From NCBI GenBank assembly GCA_012295275.1, contig CM022670.1:26474001-26538000 (forward strand): a stretch of 64,000 nucleotides of DNA, given 5' to 3'. The notes beneath the pieces are model-generated. The model worked only from the letters and a program-made list of their open reading frames with translations. It was not told the DNA's origin and did no database searches. This DNA is from Chrysomallon squamiferum. Taxonomy: Eukaryota; Animalia; Mollusca. Shown here piece by piece: positions 56,211 through 64,000 of the stretch (positions within the stretch are counted from its first letter, which is position 1; every line of letters starts with the position of its first letter). A program made the position numbers and the translations under genes.

Positions 56211-56336
56211 GCTACCATTTTCTAAAACCTCAAATCAGAAAAAGCCCCATAGAACATTTCTGTCAGATATGTCAGCCGAGTTCCCCCTCGCGTCTGATGT
56301 AATATATGGCGATATTCGATATTTATATAAGAAAAA
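56211..56336 (+). CDS. TRABD2: Tiki exon 5, linker (LPFSKTSNQKKPHRTFLSDMSAEFPLASDVIYGDIRYLYKK)
   Basis: Acceptor ctcttttcag| at 56210, donor AA|GTAAGT at 56337, 126 nt open in the phase-2 frame, higher GC than the surrounding intron. No recognisable conserved motif. Confidence 0.78.
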
Positions 56337-58540
56337 GTAAGTACCTTTTTCTTACTATCCTTTATCTCTTTTATTTATTTTTATGAATATTTTCAATTTA
56401 TTATTATTATTTATTTTTTTTTATTTTTTTTTTTATTTTTTATTTTTTTTTTTTTTTTTTTTTTTATTTTATTGTTGTTTTTGTTATTATTATTATTTAC
56501 TTACTTATTTACTTATTTATATCATTGTTATTCGTTAATTTTTCTTCTTTTTCTTCTGTCTCTTACTTCGAACGTGTCGTTTCTTTTTTAGGTTTTTAAT
56601 TTAAATATTTTTACTAGTTGTTATTGTTGGTTGGGTTTCTTAGTATTAATTAGTTAAATAATAATAACAATAATTATAATAATTATTATTATTAATATTA
56701 TTATTATATTTTTCTTAGCCGACTTTTTCATTTAGTCGTTAATTATAATAAATGATTTTTTTTTTTTTCCCCTATTCAATCAAAAGGTAATAACAGACCT
56801 CTCTCCAATATTCTTCATAACTGTACAAGGAAGAAATAAACTCTTTTAATCGGATACTGGATGTAAACATTATACACGTATTGTTATTTCTACATCTAGC
56901 ATTAAATTTATTTTGGGCCCACATACAACATGTGTACACTATTATCTCTTCAATGCTTACAGTGTCTGTAAAGATTTTAATGTAACCATGATGTCAGTCA
57001 AAGCCAGTAGCAAGTATCTTGAAGTATTATAACGGAACCCGTGACATTCTGAGGCCATATGCACAAATCAGGAAAGAAGTGTACCATTACTATAACACAG
57101 ATTATTTTCAAAATCATGGTAGAAGTGGTTATCCAAAATGAACTGAATTTCATAATAAATGGATAAAAATACAACTACATCAGTTATCTAGCGTTGAAAC
57201 GGTCCATAATGGGTGCATGAACCCGTCTGTTTCTGCCTCTACAGGCTTTTTTTCTTTTTTTTTTTTTTTTTCTTTGACGGTAGGAGTCGGCTATAAAGAC
57301 TCCCAGACTACAACCCAATTACAAATATGTAAACTAATGTACGTCATGTTGTAATTATGTTAAGTGCCATTGTCTGTTTTCGGTAACTCATATGCTGTTT
57401 GGCAATAACATCTGACAATTATATTGAACAGGAATTAAAGAAAAACATTAACAAACTCAAGAGGAATGAGTGAATGTCTGTCAAGCCATTAAATTCTGAT
57501 ATATCTGATGTAAAATCCACCGCTGGTACCTGGGAGAATATGATGCAGTAAATTAAAACATTTTATTTAAAGAAAAAGGGAAAAAAACTAAAAACTTTTT
57601 CCGTTTAAAGTAATTTAAAGAGACCTACAGCACTGGTTTAATGTTTCTTCAATTTTAAAACCGAGACGAGAATTATTTTTTATCATGATTATACTAAGAA
57701 CCAAACAGAAGTAATGTGTTATGCTTTAAGTGATAAATTATTTCTGTTGTGTATAACCAAGTGAACATTACACATGGATTGAGGAGGTGTCATGGACTTG
57801 CTACCCTAGCCTAATTGTTTGCAAACCTTTGTGGTTATTTCTTACTTTCTATCTTTTTTTTTTGGATAATGATTGTGATGACGTTTGTTATTATTTGTTT
57901 ATTTATTATTTTAATATTTGTGAAAGTCACACGAATAGTATCATGGCTTAAATCCTGTAAATGTAAAAATAATTTTTTTGTATTTAATTTTTAATTTTTT
58001 ATTCTTAATTTTTGTTTATTTTTTATTGTTGTTGTTGCTGATGTTGTTGTTTTTAGATATATATAGATATCGTTACAGATATGACTGAAAAACATTCACA
58101 TTAACTTTGAAAATGTTATAAAAATCGAACCTCCAAAAATTCCGTCCATGTTTTTTTGTTGTTGCTGTTGCTGTTGTATTTTGGGGTTTATTATTATTAT
58201 TATTCATTTATTATATTTTATTTTTAATTTTAATTTTAATTTTAATTTTAATTTTATTTCATTTTATTTCATAATAATAATAACCATTATCATCGATGTA
58301 ATTACAACAGTTCATATTGTGCGGGATTTAAGTAATAGCTACGTTTCAGTGAAATGAATGAATATTTAGTATTTATTAATACACTTTAATATTGTTGTTT
58401 ATTAAGTATAAAATCTTGAAATTTTTTACTCAAAACCATTAAATTATATTTTTATAATATTAAAATAATGAAAACTATTTTAAAAATGTCTACATTCCAA
58501 GAATTTTTCACGATTATTTTTCAGAATTTCTTTTCAAATT

Positions 58541-58541
<1 letters not shown>

Positions 58542-58625
<84 letters not shown>
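58542..58625. repeat. Poly(T) run of 84 nt
   Basis: Direct read; one of many very long homopolymers in the window. Confidence 0.9.
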
Positions 58626-58844
58626 CATTTGTTTGTTTGACGTGTTAAATAAATATACAGAAACAAAAATATTCTTTCATTAAAAGTGTCTTTTATAGTC
58701 TGATAGTGTTATGTAGAATATGCTTGGTCTTTTTTTTTTTTTTTTTTTTTTTTTTCAGTTGATTAAAGGTCTACAAGTATATTTTCATTGATTGACAAAG
58801 TTTTTAACTAAATGATTAATTTAAAATTGTTATTTGTGATGTAG

Positions 58845-58949
58845 GGTTCGGCATGAAAAGAAACGCAGGAAGGAAAGAAGAAAACAGCTGAGAGCGGAAC
58901 AGAGAAGAAAACAGCTTGACACACTGTGGAATAGTCTTGGCCCACACAG
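58845..58949 (+). CDS. TRABD2: Tiki exon 6, basic (VRHEKKRRKERRKQLRAEQRRKQLDTLWNSLGPH)
   Basis: Acceptor tttgtgatgtag| at 58844, donor AG|GTTATT at 58950; 105 nt, phase 2-2, purine-rich open frame. Splice sites are weaker than in other exons. Confidence 0.72.
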
Positions 58950-59963
58950 GTTATTCTTTTAAAAGTTTTATACTTTAGACTATATACATATACATATATA
59001 TTTGTTTATATTATTAAGTACTAGGCCCATTAAAATATAACTTATTTACATTCTATAACTGATTTACACTCTATAATATATTTAACTATAAAAGGCTGTT
59101 AAAATATATATAGTTTATAACAGTTTTTCTTTATTCTAAATAATATAACTATGTATATACAAGATTTATTAAACTGTGTACAGTTCATTAACAATTTTAT
59201 TTGTTTTCTAAATAATATGATTATAGAGGCACTGTTTGTTTAAATAAACACACACTATAATAGTTTTGTTCTGATGATACAAGGGCCACTTTAAAAATAG
59301 GTTATAAATATTCTAGGTAATTTGATTACAGATATACAGAATATGTACTTACTAATTATCTCTATTCTAAGTAATAACTGTATTTAGAAAAAAAAGTTTT
59401 TTTTATAATTTTTATTTTACGTTTATTAATAGTTCTCCTCTGTCGCAATTTTTGACAATATAATTACATTCAGTTTCACACTCTTCTAGATAAAAATCAT
59501 TATAGAGATCCTCAATTTTTCCTCAGTAACAAATGATTAAAACTGTCACTGACATGATATTAAATCCTCAATATTTTTCTTATATGTCTATGTAATTTAG
59601 ACAATCAACCTTTATAAACAATAAAGTATATATTAAAAACAAATTAATACCAAATTCAAAGTTTTCATAAAAATATCGGTTTTGGGTGGGGTTTTTTTGT
59701 TTTTTTTGTCATGAACAAAATAAACTGCGAAGTTACTGCACCTTCATTGTTTAAGGGTTTTTCAGGAATGTTGTAAAAACAAATGGGGGAACGGAAAGAT
59801 AATTATATCTATTTCAGAGATCGTTAGGAAAGAAGTAAAACATTTCAGACTATATGTTCAAGCATGCTATATGGTTGTTGAATTAATACAGCTAATATAG
59901 AATAAAAATGAACACGAAATAATATGTCAGAACAATACTTTTTTTTTTTTATTTTTTTTCCAG

Positions 59964-60074
59964 TGTGTATCCATGGAAACAAGATAAGAAAGGGAGAGGA
60001 AAGCGTAAGAGGAAAAAAACGAATGACCGCAAAAAGACTTTCAATGATTTGTGGGTTAGAATGGAGGCAGAGAG
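59964..60074 (+). CDS. TRABD2: Tiki exon 7, basic plus conserved FNDLWVR motif (VYPWKQDKKGRGKRKRKKTNDRKKTFNDLWVRMEAE)
   Basis: Acceptor polyT-ccag| at 59963, donor AG|GTTCGT at 60075; 111 nt, phase 2-2. A basic tract followed by FxDLWVR is typical of Tiki C-terminal regions. Confidence 0.9.
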
Positions 60075-60448
60075 GTTCGTTTAAATTTTGTACTGAATTC
60101 TAACAGAGACAAAAACAGATTTTATCCAAATACCGTTCATTATTGCAGATAACAATGAATATGTTTAATGAACTATTTGATGGATTACATCGAAGCAATA
60201 TTTATTTTTTACCATTCTTTATATATAATTTCGTAAATGTGGATGATAATGAATCCTTGTGCTGAAGAATTGTAACCTAAATATTTATTTATTTATTTTA
60301 AATAATGAAAATAAAGCCACAAATATAAAATGAATGTTGTTAGATACGTATAAGAATGTCTTCTTCAGCTGTTATGTAATTCTTGTATTTGCTTATTTAT
60401 TTACTTATTTTATTTTATTTTATTTTATTTTATTTTTGTTTTTCCTAG

Positions 60449-60623
60449 ACCTAGCTTTCTGCAGCAGCATTCAGAGAATTCCAAGAAGATAAACCAGGAC
60501 AGTAGGACTGACCAAGTCAACACATATTCCCACAGTCCGAGTGCTGGACACAGCCAAAGACAGTTCTCTCCCCTGCTAAACATAGTGCTCTTCTTGCTCT
60601 GGATCTTGAGGCTGGCAATATGA
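60449..60623 (+). CDS. TRABD2: Tiki exon 8, last coding exon with hydrophobic C-terminus (...SPSAGHSQRQFSPLLNIVLFLLWILRLAI*)
   Basis: Acceptor tttgtttttcctag| at 60448, phase 2, stop TGA at 60621-60623; small-residue cluster, spacer and terminal hydrophobic tail resemble a GPI signal. Confidence 0.85.
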
Positions 60624-62117
60624 GATCCAATCAAATTTGAGCTTGAATATATCATGTGATAACAAATTCCAATGGCAAGACAGTTTACAGCACACCTTTG
60701 TGTGTTGTGATTGGCAGAGAAAACAATTGTGATGAAGCATTTTATTGAATGAAAATGTGATGTTGTTGATTTTGTGATTAGTTAAGTTTTCTTTTATGGA
60801 TCTTTGTAAATCAAAGGTATTTAATACTGGGAGAATGAATGAGAATTGATAATATCCAAAGAATTCCAGTCACCAAATAGTGCATGATGGCAGATTTTAC
60901 TTTGTTATAAGTTTAGGTATATTTCTCTGTTGTTCCTGTTTCAAGACAATCATACATACCTCACTTTTTTAATATAATAGTTTTAGTTTAGCTTGCATTA
61001 AAGTATTCTCACAACGTTTAAAACCTTAGACTATTGTAAACCGTGTTTTAAAAATTTAAACGGTACAACTGTACCCAGTCTTTTAAAACAGTTATACTTT
61101 GTATTCATCCAGAATCAAAATACCAGTTACATTTAATCAGTTAAAAGTCAGGCTTGAAAATTAAAATCAAATACACACACACACTCACACTATATTTTAA
61201 GTTATTTGTGTCATCAGTGTTCATTGCAAAATTGCTTTCCCTATGTTGTTATATCATTTAAAATATTCTGTTTCAATCATTTTTATAAAAAGCATCTACC
61301 ACATTTTAAAGTTTTTTTTCTGGCTTAGAATGTAAAAATTTATTATAAAGGTAAAGACACAGAATATATTAATAGGATCGCCATTTTTTTATAAGATTAT
61401 AGTAGATTATAAAACAGGTCAGAAATAAACACAATAATGCGATCATTAGTGACAAATTTCATTTAACAGTATTGTAGTACCAGTTTAATAAATACCTCCA
61501 CATTTGTTGATAATTATTTGAATTGAATTTTAATCATATAATTATAAAAAAGATTAGTTTAAGTTGTTTCAAAATGTTTTGCATGCATATAAAAATCTCT
61601 TAGTGAAAAACCAACTCTCAGTTAAGCTAACATTTTATATTTTCTCACTCTATTTCTGTTTTAACTGTAGCTCCCAATTTCAAAAAAAAAAAAGATGAAA
61701 TTTTATTTTTAAATTTTTCAATACACATTTTGTGTATACATTGACACTGTAAGCATGTTGCCCAGACAAAGGAGTGCAATATTCTCAGAATTTACTCCTA
61801 AACATTGGCCATGTTTGTTGCTAATAACAACTACCTCATAAATAATCGAGTAGATAGCTTTATAAAGCGAAACCCCCTGATATTCTCAAATAGGATAGTA
61901 ATACCAAACTCTTTTTATGTGTCTGAATGCAATTAAGCTGCAGGCACAGTAATTTTGGGCCAAATTGTTGGATTTTTCACAAATATTTTGAAGCAGATGC
62001 TGATGGTCATGGGATAGGTTTCAGTTTTATTTGTGATATATTAATTTACTCTGACTTTGAAATTAAACAAAATTTTCCTAAGACTGATTTGCAATGTACA
62101 GGCTCAGAAATGTAAAC

Positions 62118-62154
<37 letters not shown>

Positions 62155-62446
62155 TTCAACAGTCATGAATTAATATCCATTGAATATTTTCAAATGCATG
62201 AACAAATTTTTCACTGAAATTCGTTATCATTTTAAAATTTATAATTATTAATTGCACGAAGTAAATGTTTTAAATTCATCTCCCCTACTGGTCAAAAACA
62301 TTGGATTCATTAAAAGAATTATGAAAAAGAAAATTTAACTGACAACTGTATTATTAACTTATAAATCCAATTTTAGTCCCAGTTTCTCAGTTTCAAAAGA
62401 CTGTTTTTGTTTTATAACTGTTGTATTGTTCATTCATGTCTTCTGT

Positions 62447-62708
62447 AAGATTGTTGGTTCGGAAAACTTTTGAGATAACATCAAAAGTTAAAGATATTCT
62501 GTATATTCGATTGAATAAATATTGATATCTAGCTTGCTATTAGTGTTGTTTTACTTTGCCTTTTTCATAAAACTTATATTGTCAGATCTTGTGGAAGACT
62601 GTTTGTCCAGACTATTTTGAGATGAGCATCAAAAGTTAAAGATCTACTGTATATCTGATTTGAATAAATATTGATATTTAGTTTGTTATTAGTAGTTTAA
62701 CTTTGCCT
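62447..62708 (+). repeat. Diverged tandem duplication, period about 148 bp, downstream of the Tiki stop
   Basis: ttttgagat..catcaaaagttaaagat...gaataaatattgatat.tag.ttg.tattagt...actttgcct begins at both 62468 and 62615. Confidence 0.85.
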
Positions 62709-64000
62709 GTTGATATATTTTCTGAAATTTTGTCAAGCAGTGAATGTTTTAGTTTTATCATGTTCAGACATTCATTTTGTCATCGTCAACAGAACCCCCA
62801 ACTTTGTTTCCCAATCAAATGAATGCTCATCACAGCTATATAAAATGCCAAGATGTGCTCAGTAAATCTATCAGAAAGTGTATGTAAATATTCCTTTCTG
62901 TTACTTGATAAGATTAATCTGTGCAGTTATACAAAAAAACATAATGAACTGGTGGTAATGATGGTGATGATTTTATTTTTCAAAAATATGTAACTTTCAT
63001 GAAAAAAATTTGGGAACGATGTGATGAAACTGTAACAATATCATTAATGGACTATCCACTATTCTTTGGATAGTTCAAATGGATATTTAATTCAAATGTT
63101 TTTCAGCACTGATGTTTTATGGTCTTAATTCTTTCTTAAGTCTCACAGGTATGTTGTATGTAATTTCTTCCACAATATATTAACAAACATCAGTGTGAAG
63201 AATGTTCTCATTCAAGATGCTACATAATGATAAATGTAGCAATAAGGTTTTTAGTAAAACTTTTCATTTAGACAGATTTGCTAAAGAATCCTATTGTAAT
63301 TCAGAATCTTCTAACTTCTTTAACTGAAAAAGAAAACAGAGTTACAAAAAGTGAATTTAAAAAATGTTCACAAAAAATCTTAAATCTAAACAAACACATA
63401 TGCACAAACACACACACACACACACATATTTTCAAAGTATACTTGAAATGCACTCGGTAAAACAATTGAGTATTTAAAAGAATAAAATTTAAATGTTTAT
63501 GAATAAAGTATGCTTAAATAAAATGTCACCATATAAGGTTGAATTTATGCATACACTCGTCCACAGACAAATCATATATGCTTGTGCCAGAAATATCTTT
63601 TTGTTAAATTTAAGCATAATAAAACTATTTAAGTGCATTAGTCGGTACTTGGTTACTTACACCTTAGACTAACAGTTATTAAGCATCACCATATATATGT
63701 ATAATATTAAGAAAATAGCTTTCCTGATTTCCTCAGTTTTATTTATCAGTTGAAGGCTATGAACAGGATACCACATACCATTATCTTTAATAAACCAACT
63801 GTAAATCATTAATTAAAACTGCTCAAATGCCAATGCACTGATCACTAAGCTCTATTACTTATCACGAAATGAAAATTCGACATTCAATTTGCTTGTCTTC
63901 TAACACACTTCCGACACCTGTCAGTGTCAAAAACCCCACATTAAACAACCCAAACATGAAATTACAAATAACACACAGGACATGCCATTATTTTCTGTCT

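Noticed and set aside
54966-56340. In-frame stops immediately after exons 4 and 5 on read-through, suggesting secreted isoforms
   Set aside because: An automatic consequence of phase-2 GTAA donors, so not evidence of a selected isoform.
57284-57328. Possible 45-nt extra exon (polyT...TAG| ... |GTAAAC) in intron 5
   Set aside because: Has TAA in the required phase-2 frame and a weak donor; could only be a poison or truncating exon, with no support from sequence alone.

Overview
AT-rich, microsatellite-dense eukaryotic (animal, probably mollusc/lophotrochozoan) genomic DNA, not prokaryotic. Almost the whole window is one + strand gene, a Tiki/TRABD2 Wnt-inactivating metalloprotease (TraB/PrgY/GumN family). 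I reconstructed it as 8 coding exons (5723-5845, 12167-12727, 44576-44897, 54875-54965, 56211-56336, 58845-58949, 59964-60074, 60449-60623; 1614 nt, 537 aa). All introns are GT-AG with consistent phases, and the protein has a signal peptide and a GPI-type C-terminus. Its two largest introns host nine near-identical tRNA-Leu(CAG) genes arranged as three triplets (+++, +--, +--). One copy carries an 18-nt poly(A) insertion and one has a variable-arm variant. Shared flanks show at least two inverted duplications, and inverted tRNA copies bracket exon 3. Also seen: a hAT-type MITE with a perfect 8-bp TSD, a decayed SINE, a 27-bp-stem hairpin, a candidate core promoter with a uORF-rich leader, duplicated-looking basic exons 6/7, candidate intronic enhancers, and CpG depletion at the 3' end. 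Nearly all other ORF-track entries are microsatellite or chance ORFs. No clearly novel system is proven; the intronic inverted tRNA array is the best candidate for unexplored biology.
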